A stretch of 64,000 bases of DNA, taken from the NCBI GenBank assembly GCA_905200945.1, contig CAJKMG010000003.1:200317-264316 (forward strand), given 5' to 3'. Under the pieces are notes generated by a model. The model was not told the origin of the DNA, did no database searches, and saw only the letters and a list, made by a program, of their open reading frames with translations. Source of the stretch: an uncultured Akkermansia sp. Its GTDB lineage: Bacteria; Verrucomicrobiota; Verrucomicrobiia; Verrucomicrobiales; Akkermansiaceae. This document shows, piece after piece, positions 48,950-58,751 of this stretch. Positions within the stretch are counted from its first letter, which is position 1. Every line of letters begins with the position of its first letter. Both the position numbers and the translations under genes were made by a program.

Positions 48950-49022
48950 ACTATTTGTTAGATATTTTTATATTTTTCGTTATTTTCCTTCCTTTTTGCC
49001 ATCCATTTCCTAGCATGGATGA

Positions 49023-50558
49023 ATGATGACGCGACTGTATTCCTCCACCGTCCTGGGCGTAGATGGCGTAGAAGTGGAGGTGGAAGTGGATTTCCGCCCC
49101 ATGGCGGAAAAACGCACCTTTATTGTCGGCCTTCCGGATGCGGCCGTGAAAGAAAGCGGGCAGCGCGTGGACACGGCCATACAAAACAGCGGCCTTCCCT
49201 TTCAGCAGGGTATCTTCGTCGTTAATCTGGCTCCGGCGGATTTAAGGAAGCAGGGCCCCGGATTCGACCTTCCCATCGCCCTGGGAATGGTTGCGGGAGC
49301 GGCTGAAAAGGAGATGGACGCTTCTGCCTGGTGCATCGTGGGAGAACTGGCCCTGGACGGAACCGTACGCCCCGTGCAAGGCATTCTGCCGCAAATCATG
49401 GAAGCGCGGCGCATGGGCAGGAAGCGCATCATGCTGCCGCAAGCCAATGCCTATGAAGGGACGCCCGTACAGGGTGTGGAAATTTATCCCGTTTCTTCCC
49501 TGAGAGAAGCCTGGCATTTGCTTACTTCCGACGCCCTGCCGCCTCCATTTACAGGTTCAGGGCGAGAGGCCCATGCTCCACGGGACAAAGACGCCGCTGT
49601 GGATTTTGACGAAATCAAGGGGCAGCCTTATGCACGCCGCGCCATGGAGATTGCAGCGGCAGGAGGCCATAATATCCTGCTTTGCGGCTCTCCGGGGTCC
49701 GGCAAATCCATGCTGGCGCAAAGGCTCCCGACCATTCTTCCGCCTCTGAGTCCGGAGGAAGCACTGGAGACCAGTAAAATCCACTCCGTATGCGGTCTGC
49801 TGAAACGGGGGAACGGCCTGGTGGACCAGCGTCCGTTCCGGGCTCCCCACCACACCATTTCCGATGCCGGGCTGATGGGGGGAGGTGCGAATATCACGCC
49901 GGGAGAAGTATCCCTTGCTCACAACGGCGTCCTCTTTCTGGATGAATTGCCGGAATTCCGCCGTGCCGCTCTGGAAACCCTGCGGCAGCCGCTGGAAACC
50001 GGCCAGGTAGTTATTTCCCGCGCTTCCGGCACCATGACATTTCCGTGCCGTTTCATGTTGGCAGCCGCCATGAATCCGTGTCCCTGCGGTTATCTGGGAG
50101 ACAGAAGAAGAGCCTGCACCTGCCCCCCGGCGCAGATCGCACGCTACCGCCGCAAAATTTCAGGCCCGCTGTTGGACCGGTTTGACCTGCTGATGGAAGT
50201 TCCCGCCGTGGATCCCTCCATTCTGGCTTCCGCGCCTGCCGGAGAATGTTCCGCCAGTATCCGGGAACGCGTGGCGGCCGCACGGCGGCTCCAGTCCAGC
50301 AGATACGCAGGAACGCCTTTCCGCAATAATGCGGCCCTTTCCGGAAAAGCACTCCAGAAGTATTGCCGTCTGCTGCCGGAAGGGAGGGCTATCCTGCTCC
50401 GCGCCGTGGAAGAACTGGCCCTTTCCGCCAGAGCCTATGACCGCATTTTAAAGGTGGCCCGAACCATAGCGGATTTGGAAGGAACTTCTGATATTCAGGA
50501 TGTCCATTTGTATGAAGCCGTGCAGTACCGCGCTTTCGAGCAATCACTGAGGGATTAG
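49023..50558 (+). CDS. comM: YifB/ComM-family Mg-chelatase-like AAA+ ATPase
   Basis: N-terminal Lon-protease-like domain (LGVDGVEVEVEVD...). Walker A LLCGSPGSGKSM. Walker B VLFLDELPEF. Cys-rich insert CPCGYLG...CTC. Confidence 0.9.
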   Translation: MMTRLYSSTVLGVDGVEVEVEVDFRPMAEKRTFIVGLPDAAVKESGQRVDTAIQNSGLPFQQGIFVVNLAPADLRKQGPGFDLPIALGMVAGAAEKEMDASAWCIVGELALDGTVRPVQGILPQIMEARRMGRKRIMLPQANAYEGTPVQGVEIYPVSSLREAWHLLTSDALPPPFTGSGREAHAPRDKDAAVDFDEIKGQPYARRAMEIAAAGGHNILLCGSPGSGKSMLAQRLPTILPPLSPEEALETSKIHSVCGLLKRGNGLVDQRPFRAPHHTISDAGLMGGGANITPGEVSLAHNGVLFLDELPEFRRAALETLRQPLETGQVVISRASGTMTFPCRFMLAAAMNPCPCGYLGDRRRACTCPPAQIARYRRKISGPLLDRFDLLMEVPAVDPSILASAPAGECSASIRERVAAARRLQSSRYAGTPFRNNAALSGKALQKYCRLLPEGRAILLRAVEELALSARAYDRILKVARTIADLEGTSDIQDVHLYEAVQYRAFEQSLRD

Positions 50559-50622
50559 CACTATGAATCTCTCTCCTTTCGCAACTATCCCAAAAACAAA
50601 GACATATTCCCGTTCCGAAAAT

Positions 50623-50650
50623 AAAAAAGAGGCAGCTTTTCAGCTGCCTC
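50623..50650 (-). terminator. Rho-independent terminator after the PEP-CTERM gene (hairpin shared with the comM 3' end)
   Basis: GAGGCAGCT-TTTC-AGCTGCCTC, with the minus-strand T-run encoded by AAAAAA at 50623-50628. Confidence 0.5.
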
Positions 50651-50670
50651 CCGAATAACGAGGATATTTA

Positions 50671-51366
50671 CTATGAACGTCTGCGGCGCAGCAACATGGC
50701 TCCCAGGCCCAGCAGGCCCAAAGACGCTGCGGCAGGCTCGGGAACCGTTTCATAGGAAACCTGTATACCTGTAATTGTATAAGCGGAAGTAGCGGTTCCG
50801 GCACCACCGCGCACTCCGGCAACTACCTTATACCCTTCCTCCCAGGTAAGGGGAGCCGCCGACATATCCAGGGAAATTGTCGTTGTTTCCGATGTAGAGG
50901 TAAATGAAAAGTCCTGTATCCTGGAAAGTTCCTCAACCAGAGTGCCGGTTGAATCATATACGGCAAGCACCATGGAATAACTGTTGATTACAGAAGAAGG
51001 AGTATTGCAGGAAAACGTAATGGAAGAAACGGAATCCCCCTCCTGCGGCCCTCCAAGAACCATGGCAAAAGAATCCCCGCTAACTCCGGCGCGTCCGCAT
51101 AATGTAATGGTTCCTACATTGTTCTCATTCACCCAAGTGCCTTCACCATTTATTCCCCAATTTGAAATGGAATTGTTATTGCCGCCGGCATATATTCCAT
51201 TTTGCAGGCCCTTTACTTTGTCCAGAAGCTCTTGCCCCGATGTTCTCGCCATAGTGGCGGTCTGTGATACGCTTTGCGATTCAGGAAGCTCAGCAACAAT
51301 CGTAGCCGCCTGGGCGGACATCATACATACGCAACTGGCTAACAAAACATAATGATAAACTCTCAT
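50671..51366 (-). CDS. PEP-CTERM (exosortase-sorted) secreted protein
   Basis: N-terminal signal peptide. C-terminal VPEPAAASLGLLGLGAMLLRRRRS is the PEP motif plus TM helix plus Arg cluster. Ser/Thr/Gly-rich body. Confidence 0.7.
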   Translation of the reverse strand: MRVYHYVLLASCVCMMSAQAATIVAELPESQSVSQTATMARTSGQELLDKVKGLQNGIYAGGNNNSISNWGINGEGTWVNENNVGTITLCGRAGVSGDSFAMVLGGPQEGDSVSSITFSCNTPSSVINSYSMVLAVYDSTGTLVEELSRIQDFSFTSTSETTTISLDMSAAPLTWEEGYKVVAGVRGGAGTATSAYTITGIQVSYETVPEPAAASLGLLGLGAMLLRRRRS

Positions 51367-51662
51367 AACGCTTTGCATTGATTAGAGGATTGTTAATCCG
51401 TTGTCAACATAAAAAGTTGAAAGAGCGGTATTCCGGCAGTGGACTTCTTTTTTGATGCAAGGGCTTTATAGAGACTAATTCTTGCGCCTCTTCCATTCTA
51501 ACAGCTGCATGTTATTTCATAAATCATTCATTATTATGAATCGAACGTTATCGTAAACCATTCATGAAAAAAATAGGTCCAGCGTTTTCCCCATGATGTT
51601 ACGGAAAGAAAAAGAGCGGATTAACAATCCGCTGTCCCCTTTATCCAATCCTTAATGATAAA

Positions 51663-51697
51663 GAAAAAGCCGCCTCAGCAAAGTGAGGCGGCTTTTT
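51663..51697. terminator. Bidirectional rho-independent terminator downstream of metY
   Basis: AAAAA-AGCCGCCTCA-(GCAAAG)-TGAGGCGGCT-TTTTT. Perfect 10-bp stem flanked by an A-run and a T-run. Confidence 0.6.
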
Positions 51698-51710
51698 CCA
51701 AGAAGACTTT

Positions 51711-53012
51711 TTAACGAATAGCTTCCAAAGCCTGTTTGAGGTCCGCAATAATGTCTTCCGCAGCTTCCGTCCCTACGGAAAACCGGATGAGGTCAGGCCG
51801 TACGCCCGCCTCCATGAGCTGCTCATCCGTCAACTGGCGGTGCGTATGGCTGGCGGGATGGAGAACGCAGGTACGGGAGTCCGCCACATGGGTCACGATG
51901 GCGGCCAGCTTCAGACTGTCCATGAACTTGATGGAACGTTCACGGCCTCCCTTGATGCCGAAGGTTACCACACCACAAGATTGGCCACCGCGGAATTGCT
52001 TCTGCGCCAATTCATAATACTCATTGGAAGAAAGACCCGGATAATTAATCCAGGCAACATCTTCCTGCCCTTGCAGGAATTCCGCCACTTTCTGCGCATT
52101 TTCACAATGCCGCGGCACACGCAGGTGGAGGGTTTCCAAACCCAAATTGAGCAAAAAGGCATTCTGCGGAGATTGGATGGAACCCAGATCGCGCATGAGC
52201 TGGACGGTCGCCTTGGTAATATAGGCTCCCTTGCCGAAGCTTTTGCTGTAGGAGAGCCCGTGATAGGAGGGGTCCGGTTCCGTCAAACCCGGGAATTTAT
52301 CCTTGTGCGCTTCCCAGTCAAAGTTGCCGCTGTCCACAATCACGCCGCCCACGGCGGCGGCATGGCCGTCCATGTACTTGGTGGTGGAGTGGGTGACGAT
52401 ATCCGCACCCCATTCAAAAGGACGGCAATTAATGGGTGTGGCAAAGGTATTGTCCACAATGAGGGGAACGCCGTGCGCATGGGCAATATCCGCCATTTTA
52501 CGGATATCCAGCACGCAAAGCGTGGGATTGGAAATAGTCTCCGCAAAGAAAGCTTTCGTATTGGGGCGGAACGCTTTGGCGATTTCCTCCGCCGGAGCGT
52601 CCTGGTCCACGAAAGTAACTTCAATGCCCATTTTCCGGAATGTGACGGCAAAGAGGTTGTATGTGCCCCCGTAAATCGCCGAAGCACTGACGATATGATC
52701 CCCAGCCTCGCAAATATTGAAAATGGCAAAGAAGGAAGCCGCCTGGCCGGAAGACGTCAGAATGGCGGCCACACCGCCCTCCAGTTCGGCAATTTTTCTG
52801 GCAACCGCCTCATTGGTGGGGTTCTGGAGGCGTGTATAAAAGAATCCGGCTTCTTCCAGATCAAACAATTTTGCCATTTGTTCGCTGGTCTCGTACTTGA
52901 ACGTCGTGCTCTGGTAAATGGGCAATACGCGGGGTTCGCCCTTTTTAGGCGCCCAGCCCGCCTGCACGCACAGGGTCTCCGGTCTCAATTCCTGATTCAT
53001 CATGCGGGGCAT
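51711..53012 (-). CDS. metY: O-acetylhomoserine aminocarboxypropyltransferase / O-acetylhomoserine sulfhydrylase (PLP-dependent, Cys/Met-metabolism family)
   Basis: Cys/Met gamma-family pattern. PLP-Lys region HSTTKYMDGHAAAVGG. YTRLQNPT. Length about 430 aa. Start at ATG 53012 (MPRMMNQ); ATGs at 53003 and 53000 are alternatives. Confidence 0.85.
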   Translation of the reverse strand: MPRMMNQELRPETLCVQAGWAPKKGEPRVLPIYQSTTFKYETSEQMAKLFDLEEAGFFYTRLQNPTNEAVARKIAELEGGVAAILTSSGQAASFFAIFNICEAGDHIVSASAIYGGTYNLFAVTFRKMGIEVTFVDQDAPAEEIAKAFRPNTKAFFAETISNPTLCVLDIRKMADIAHAHGVPLIVDNTFATPINCRPFEWGADIVTHSTTKYMDGHAAAVGGVIVDSGNFDWEAHKDKFPGLTEPDPSYHGLSYSKSFGKGAYITKATVQLMRDLGSIQSPQNAFLLNLGLETLHLRVPRHCENAQKVAEFLQGQEDVAWINYPGLSSNEYYELAQKQFRGGQSCGVVTFGIKGGRERSIKFMDSLKLAAIVTHVADSRTCVLHPASHTHRQLTDEQLMEAGVRPDLIRFSVGTEAAEDIIADLKQALEAIR

Positions 53013-53260
53013 GCTATGCGATGCCTCCTGCCTTGTAAAGCAGGGAAAACCAGACGTATGGACAAATTCGCCCCTGCCCCCGCCGAAGCACACTCCCGGT
53101 TTTTTCCCAGTATAAAACCCCTGTTCCCGGCAAATCAACCGCAAGGACAGGGGCGTTTTACCTGCGCGCGGGATACCCTACGATCGAATGAAACGGCAAT
53201 TCCTCCGATACCTCTTTCCCGGAACCAACCGTTCCCCGGTGAATAAAGCCGGGCATCTCA

Positions 53261-54508
53261 CTACTTGATTTCCGGCAAAGGGGTGGAAATTTCCTCTTCC
53301 GTCAGATAGCAGCCGGGATCGGACCCGTACCAGTGTCCGTTGGCAAACGCGGCACGGGTGCGGAAGCCTCCGCCGCACAGGGCGAAGTGAACGCAGCGGC
53401 CGCAACGGCCTTCAATCTTCTTCTGCCGTTCCAGAGGATCGTCGGAACCGCGCAGCTCAGGCAACATTTCCGCTGCAGCTCCGGCCCTGGCATCCCATAA
53501 ATCGGAAAACCGGTCACTTTTCACATTGCCCAGAGTAACGGATTGCCAGAACTGGTCCGGATGCACGGCACCCTGTGTGTCAATATTGGCGATGCCCCGG
53601 CCGGAACTGTTCGCGCCGCCGCCATTCCATTGAAGCAGGCCGAGGGTTTCCTTCGCCAGAGGGGAGCCTTCCCGGAGCTGGCGCAGAAGCAGGTAAATTC
53701 CGTCCGCAGGCTGGGTTACAGTCAGCACTTCACGGTTTTTTCCCTCCGCTTTCCATTCCTCTACACGGGCAATCAGCGTATCCATGGCATTCCTTGCTTC
53801 CTCCTGAGTCAGGGTCTGCACTTCCACGCCGCGGCCAGTGGGGACCAGATGGTAAAAACAGACGCGCTGGATGTCGTTGGCGTCAATAAAATCCAAAATC
53901 TGGCCCATGCACTGCACATTGTTGCGGGTCAGAGTCAGGCGCAGGCCTGTCTTTTGCCCCACTTCACTGCAAAGCCTGAATCCGCGCACCGCCTGCTCAA
54001 AAGAACCTTCCACACCGCGGAATTTGTCATGAACGGCGCCAATGCCGTCCAGGGAAATGCCTACGTACGCCACGCCCAATTCCTTGAACCGCGCTGCAGC
54101 TTCCGGCGTAATACGGGTGCCGTTTGTGGAAATGGTCACCTTCAGCCCTTTTCCGGTGGCACGTTCCAGCAGTTCCATAAAGCGCGGATGCACCAGCGGC
54201 TCCCCTCCGGAAAAAAGGAGGGCGTTCACCTTGTAGTCCGCCAGATCATCAATGACCGCGCAACACTGGTCCCAATCCAGCTCTCCCTTAAATTTCCGGG
54301 CAGAGGCGTCTGCATAACAATGCACGCATTTGAGATTGCAGGTACGCGTAATATTCCACACCACAATGGGCTTGCGCGCACGGGACGAAGCCGGTGCACA
54401 GGATTCCACGGCGCCCCCTGCAAAACGGCCGTGCCCGTGGCCCTGTCCGTATCTCAAATGGTCCGCGGGCTGTTCCGCCCCTGTCCAAAGTCTGGTAATA
54501 TTAATCAT
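53261..54508 (-). CDS. Radical SAM/SPASM-domain protein, NirJ/AhbC/AhbD-like
   Basis: IVVWNITRTCNLKCVHCYA (CX3CX2C in NirJ-type context). C-terminal Cys cluster GRCGRCVHFALCGG...GCY is SPASM/twitch. Confidence 0.75.
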   Translation of the reverse strand: MINITRLWTGAEQPADHLRYGQGHGHGRFAGGAVESCAPASSRARKPIVVWNITRTCNLKCVHCYADASARKFKGELDWDQCCAVIDDLADYKVNALLFSGGEPLVHPRFMELLERATGKGLKVTISTNGTRITPEAAARFKELGVAYVGISLDGIGAVHDKFRGVEGSFEQAVRGFRLCSEVGQKTGLRLTLTRNNVQCMGQILDFIDANDIQRVCFYHLVPTGRGVEVQTLTQEEARNAMDTLIARVEEWKAEGKNREVLTVTQPADGIYLLLRQLREGSPLAKETLGLLQWNGGGANSSGRGIANIDTQGAVHPDQFWQSVTLGNVKSDRFSDLWDARAGAAAEMLPELRGSDDPLERQKKIEGRCGRCVHFALCGGGFRTRAAFANGHWYGSDPGCYLTEEEISTPLPEIK

Positions 54509-55562
54509 GGTGTTGTGAAAGCCTGGGCTGATAAGGGCAAAGGTTGTCTTCCGCCATCATGTCTCCGTAAACGGCATAAGCACGGGACCGGGACCCTCCG
54601 CAGATGGTACGGTACTCACACCGTCCGCATTTGCCCTGCAACGCATTGTCATCCCGGAGTTTGAGGAAAAGGGGGTGCGTGCGGTAGATTTCTCCAGGGT
54701 CATCCGTCCGGACGTTTCCTGCCGTTATGGGGAGAAAACCGGAGGGCTGTATTTCCCCGGTATGGGAAATAAACATAATGCCCTTGCCGTCCCGGGTGGG
54801 AATGGCGCGGCGGGCGGGCTTGCTTCCCTGAGCACGGGCTTCCTGAAGCGCCACGCGGCGATAATGGTGCCCTTCCGTCGTTTTGACGCCGAAAGAAACC
54901 TCATGGCTTATCCTGCTCAGTTTTTTCCAGACGGCTTCCACTTCTTCCGCCGCAGGCATCTCATCCATGGCGGCGCGGCCTGTGGGCACCAGAAGAAACA
55001 CGCTCCACATGCCCGGTTTCATTTTTTTCACCAGCTCCACAAAGTCGTCAAATTCTCCCAGCGTGCTCCTGGTAATGGTGGTGTTGATTTGCAAGTGCAT
55101 GCCGGCTTCCTTCGCCATTTCCGCAGCCCGGAGAGTCCGTTCATATGTGTGGGGGACGCCGCGGAAGGCGTCATGGGTGCTCTCATGCGCGCCGTCCAGG
55201 CTCAATGACATGCTCTGGACTCCAGCTTCTTTCAATGCACGGAAATCCGTGTGCAGCAGCCGGGCGGTAGCAGCCGGGCTCAATGCTACATGCAGCCCTT
55301 TGCCGGAAGCCGCACGGACCAATTCCAGAATATCCGGCCTCATGACCGGGTCGCCGCCCGTCAGCACCAGCATGGGAGGCCGCAGTTCCGCCAACTGGTC
55401 AATCAGGCGCAATGCCTCCTCATGAGTCAATTCATCCGGGTGCGGACGCGGCTGGGCGACAGCGCGGCAATGCCTGCACGCAAGCGCGCAAGCGCGCGTC
55501 ACTTCCCAGAAGACCAGGAAGGGGCGTTCATTGAGATCTGTTTCACTAAAAACCGGGCGCAT
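54501..55562 (-). CDS. Radical SAM/SPASM-domain protein, NirJ/AhbC/AhbD-like (paralogue of the downstream gene)
   Basis: LVFWEVTRACALACRHCRA and C-terminal CGRCEYRTICGGSRSRAY...LCPY (SPASM). 8-nt overlap with the 53261 gene. Confidence 0.75.
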   Translation of the reverse strand: MRPVFSETDLNERPFLVFWEVTRACALACRHCRAVAQPRPHPDELTHEEALRLIDQLAELRPPMLVLTGGDPVMRPDILELVRAASGKGLHVALSPAATARLLHTDFRALKEAGVQSMSLSLDGAHESTHDAFRGVPHTYERTLRAAEMAKEAGMHLQINTTITRSTLGEFDDFVELVKKMKPGMWSVFLLVPTGRAAMDEMPAAEEVEAVWKKLSRISHEVSFGVKTTEGHHYRRVALQEARAQGSKPARRAIPTRDGKGIMFISHTGEIQPSGFLPITAGNVRTDDPGEIYRTHPLFLKLRDDNALQGKCGRCEYRTICGGSRSRAYAVYGDMMAEDNLCPYQPRLSQHHD

Positions 55563-55633
55563 TTTTCAGGACAGCCAATTTAGAACAATTATAATTTTTT
55601 GACCAGCCCAAAAGGACGCATCCTTTAAAAAGT

Positions 55634-56452
55634 TCACTTAGCCACCTCTTCACGGATTTTTTGAACTTCCTTAGGCAATTCGGAAAGGGAATTCACTGCT
55701 TCCTTCAGGTTCTTGGAAGCATCCGGAGAAAGCATGATGGCCGTCACATGCTTGACAATGGGTTGCATCATTTCCACAAGCTGCTGTTGTACTCCCATCA
55801 GCTTGGCCTGCTGGTTGCGGGTGAGGGGCGGCAGGGCGGCCTGTTTCCTGGCAACGTCCAGCATAGCCGCCCGGTAACGGCCTATCTGTTCCACAGCAGC
55901 CTTGCTGGTTTCCTCATCCCTTACCTTGGCCAGGGAATCATCAAGCTTTTTGACTTCATCCACAGTTTTGACCAGCAGGGTTTCATGAGTATTGCCCTCT
56001 GCATCCTCCGGGAACGGCTCCGCCTGCTCAGCCTTGTCCCGGGAAACCTGCGCCAGTTCCGTCTGAACAGACCGCAAATCCGCCAGGGCTTTTTGCAAAT
56101 CGGGCGTAAGCAGTCCTTCCTTTTTTAAACGGGCCAGGGATTTTACCAATTCGTCAGAAATTTTCTGCACTTCCGTCATCTGGGCAGAAACCTGAGCCTG
56201 CTCCTGGAGTGTGGCACCGGGAAGTTCCAGCTGCCTTTTTCCAAGATCCAGCAGTTTTTTGCGCACTTTTTTAACTGTTTCCACAGCAGCGGCAGCTCCG
56301 GGTTCATCCGTCACCTTATCCAAGGCTGCCGTAATTTCATGCATGCTGGCAACGCTCTGTCTGGTCAGGGAAAGATGGGAGTCCTGGGCAAATGAGGGAG
56401 CTGTTATGCAAACGGCAGCGCCCAAGCCAATGAAAGCAGCGGTTTTATTCAT
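55634..56452 (-). CDS. Secreted coiled-coil protein of unknown function
   Basis: Signal peptide MNKTAAFIGLGAAVCITAPSFA. Remainder is Ala/Glu/Lys/Leu/Gln-rich heptad-like sequence. Confidence 0.5.
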   Translation of the reverse strand: MNKTAAFIGLGAAVCITAPSFAQDSHLSLTRQSVASMHEITAALDKVTDEPGAAAAVETVKKVRKKLLDLGKRQLELPGATLQEQAQVSAQMTEVQKISDELVKSLARLKKEGLLTPDLQKALADLRSVQTELAQVSRDKAEQAEPFPEDAEGNTHETLLVKTVDEVKKLDDSLAKVRDEETSKAAVEQIGRYRAAMLDVARKQAALPPLTRNQQAKLMGVQQQLVEMMQPIVKHVTAIMLSPDASKNLKEAVNSLSELPKEVQKIREEVAK

Positions 56453-56593
56453 GATATGGAAGCCTTTCCGGCATGGAAGAATACGTTTTCCTCCCTTCCC
56501 CGTCAATGGCGGCTATTGTCAGGGCCACGGTATGAAAAAAGGACTGCCCGCAAGCAAGCGGACAGTCCTTTTGAAATTTTTAACAGGCCGGCC

Positions 56594-57028
56594 TTAGTCA
56601 CGCTGCTGGCGTGAATACTTGTAGTAGCTCTGGAAGCCGAGTTCCGCAGGGAATTCGCTCAGACCGCCATTGGGATTGTATTCCTTAAGGCCGCTCATGC
56701 CGCAACGTCCCTGATAAGGAGGCTTGTACGTGCATTTGTAAGTGGGAGCCCAGAAGGTGACAAGTTCATAGATTCCGTAGCCCATGCGCTCAAACATGGT
56801 CGCGGTGCCATCAACAATGCCTACGGAAAAACCGGCATAATCCCCCTCGCGGCTCGTCCAGTTGATGATTCCCAGCGGGATTTCTTCAACGGAATAAATA
56901 AGGTTGGCGATGGCGCGGCCCAGCTTGCGGGTGGGGGTGTATTCGGAAGCGGGGGGAGCCTGAATGTCCGCACTGGCGACGCCAAGGACGCCGGCGGCAA
57001 AAAGAGCTGAGATGATGGCACGTTTCAT
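56594..57028 (-). CDS. Secreted hypothetical protein (144 aa), Gly/Tyr-rich
   Basis: Signal peptide MKRAIISALFAAGVLGVASA. Good coding composition. No known motif. Confidence 0.5.
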   Translation of the reverse strand: MKRAIISALFAAGVLGVASADIQAPPASEYTPTRKLGRAIANLIYSVEEIPLGIINWTSREGDYAGFSVGIVDGTATMFERMGYGIYELVTFWAPTYKCTYKPPYQGRCGMSGLKEYNPNGGLSEFPAELGFQSYYKYSRQQRD

Positions 57029-57085
57029 ACTGATTGTTTATATAGTATAATTTGTCGAGGAAAAGCAACTCAAAAAAACAGAAAA

Positions 57086-58096
57086 TCAATCTGACTCCGG
57101 CCGGGGGTCACGCGTCATGAGTTCCGCAAGTGCTTCCATAGGAGGTTTGGACTCATAAAGAACGGAATAAACGGCGTCAATCAGGGGCGTCCTCACATCC
57201 AGCTCCCGTGCAATTTCATAGACGGAAAGCGTGTTGGGCACCCCTTCCGCCACCATTCCCAGAGTATCCAGGATTTCCTGGAGGCTTTTCCCTTCCGCCA
57301 GCCTCCGCCCCACCGTCTGGTTGCGGGAGTGGCGGGAATAACAGGTAACAATCAGATCACCTACTCCGGAAAGGCCCATGAAAGTTTCCCTGCGGCCCCC
57401 GCTGGCTACGCCGATGCGCGTCATTTCCGCCAAGCCGCGGGTAAGCAGAGCGGCCTGGGCGTTATCCCCCAGATTCAGCCCTTCGCATAAGCCGGCCCCA
57501 ATAGCAAAGACGTTCTTGATGGTTCCGCCCAGTTGCATGCCGATGATATCCGTAGCGGAATAAACACGGAAGGTTTTGGATGCAAATATCTGCTGCACCC
57601 AGTCCGCATACTTCGGATCTTCAAATCCAATCAGGGAAGCGGATGGAAGCCCCAGGCAGATATCTTCCGCATGATTGGGACCGGAAAGCACGCCTATGGG
57701 ATTGGAGGGCAGATACTCCTGGAGGATTTCCGTCATTCTTTTATGGGTTCCCTGTTCAATGCCCTTGGTGCAGGAGACGATGACGGCATCCGGCTGTACC
57801 GGCAGGCTGCGCAGCCGCTGGGCCACGGAACGCATGGCTACGGAAGGAACCACTACTACAATGAGTTCCGCATCCTTTACCTGATCCAGGTCGCAAGTAG
57901 GATGAATATTGGAGGCCAGGGGAAGGGCGGTTTTCGAAAGGACCGGGCTGCGCCTTGTTTCAGCAAGCTGTCTGGCCTGAGCCTCTTCCGGCGTCCACAG
58001 GACGACTTCACATTCCCGGGTCGCCAGGACCATGGAGAGGGCCGTGCCCCAGGAACCGGCACCAATGACTGCTATTTTATGTAACCGATTCATCAT
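57086..58096 (-). CDS. gpsA: NAD(P)H-dependent glycerol-3-phosphate dehydrogenase
   Basis: KIAVIGAGSWGTALS Rossmann motif. Catalytic Lys region GTIKNVFAIGAG. Full-length GpsA pattern. Start abuts the plsY stop. Confidence 0.9.
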   Translation of the reverse strand: MMNRLHKIAVIGAGSWGTALSMVLATRECEVVLWTPEEAQARQLAETRRSPVLSKTALPLASNIHPTCDLDQVKDAELIVVVVPSVAMRSVAQRLRSLPVQPDAVIVSCTKGIEQGTHKRMTEILQEYLPSNPIGVLSGPNHAEDICLGLPSASLIGFEDPKYADWVQQIFASKTFRVYSATDIIGMQLGGTIKNVFAIGAGLCEGLNLGDNAQAALLTRGLAEMTRIGVASGGRRETFMGLSGVGDLIVTCYSRHSRNQTVGRRLAEGKSLQEILDTLGMVAEGVPNTLSVYEIARELDVRTPLIDAVYSVLYESKPPMEALAELMTRDPRPESD

Positions 58097-58097
58097 T

Positions 58098-58751
58098 TTA
58101 CTTGGACTTTTTGGAATAGAAAGAGAGTTCCGTTCCATTGAGAAGCCTTATGATATTGGAACGGTGCTTGAGAATGACCAACGCGCCCACCACCGTGAAA
58201 AAGGCGACGTAAAGTATCCGGGGGGAAACAGCCCCGGCCTGGAAAAGCGGATAAATCCACCATCCGGCAGCGACCATCACCACAGCGGCCACCAGACTGG
58301 CCAGGGATACGATGCCGGAGATTCCCATGACCACCAGCCAGGAAGCCAGAGCCACGCAAGCCACTACCGGATTGAGGGCAAACAAAACCCCCGCGGTTGT
58401 CGCTACGCCTTTTCCTCCCCTGAATCCCAGGAAGCAGGTGTAAGTATGGCCGAGCACGACAGCGAAACAGGAAAGAACGACCAAGACGTTGAAATCCCAG
58501 CCTCCCGCATCCCCCGTCAGGAACGGCAGCCAGTTCAAAGCGCCGAATACAGGAATGAATCCCTTTAAAAAGTCCAGAATGAAAACGGAAAGTCCCCATT
58601 TCCAGCCCAGAACGCGCCATGCATTGGTAGCTCCTATGTTGCAGGAACCCTGCTGCCTCAGGTCAAGCCCCCTGACTCTGCCGGCAAGGTAGCCGAACGG
58701 AACCGCTCCAATCAGATAGGAAGCTGCAATATAGAGAACTATCCAGGCAAT
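58098..58751 (-). CDS. plsY: Glycerol-3-phosphate acyltransferase PlsY
   Basis: YLIGAVPFGYLAGRVRGLDLRQQGSCNIGATNAWRVLG...GGKGVAT are the PlsY motifs. Five TM helices. Start at MIAWIV. Confidence 0.85.
   Translation of the reverse strand: MAWIVLYIAASYLIGAVPFGYLAGRVRGLDLRQQGSCNIGATNAWRVLGWKWGLSVFILDFLKGFIPVFGALNWLPFLTGDAGGWDFNVLVVLSCFAVVLGHTYTCFLGFRGGKGVATTAGVLFALNPVVACVALASWLVVMGISGIVSLASLVAAVVMVAAGWWIYPLFQAGAVSPRILYVAFFTVVGALVILKHRSNIIRLLNGTELSFYSKKSK

Noticed and set aside
51840-53246. 468-aa plus-strand ORF
   Set aside because: Antisense to metY. Composition (G/R/H-rich) is typical of GC3-driven shadow ORFs.
53543-54664. 373-aa plus-strand ORF
   Set aside because: Antisense to the radical-SAM gene, which has unmistakable CX3CX2C and SPASM motifs. 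It is a shadow ORF.
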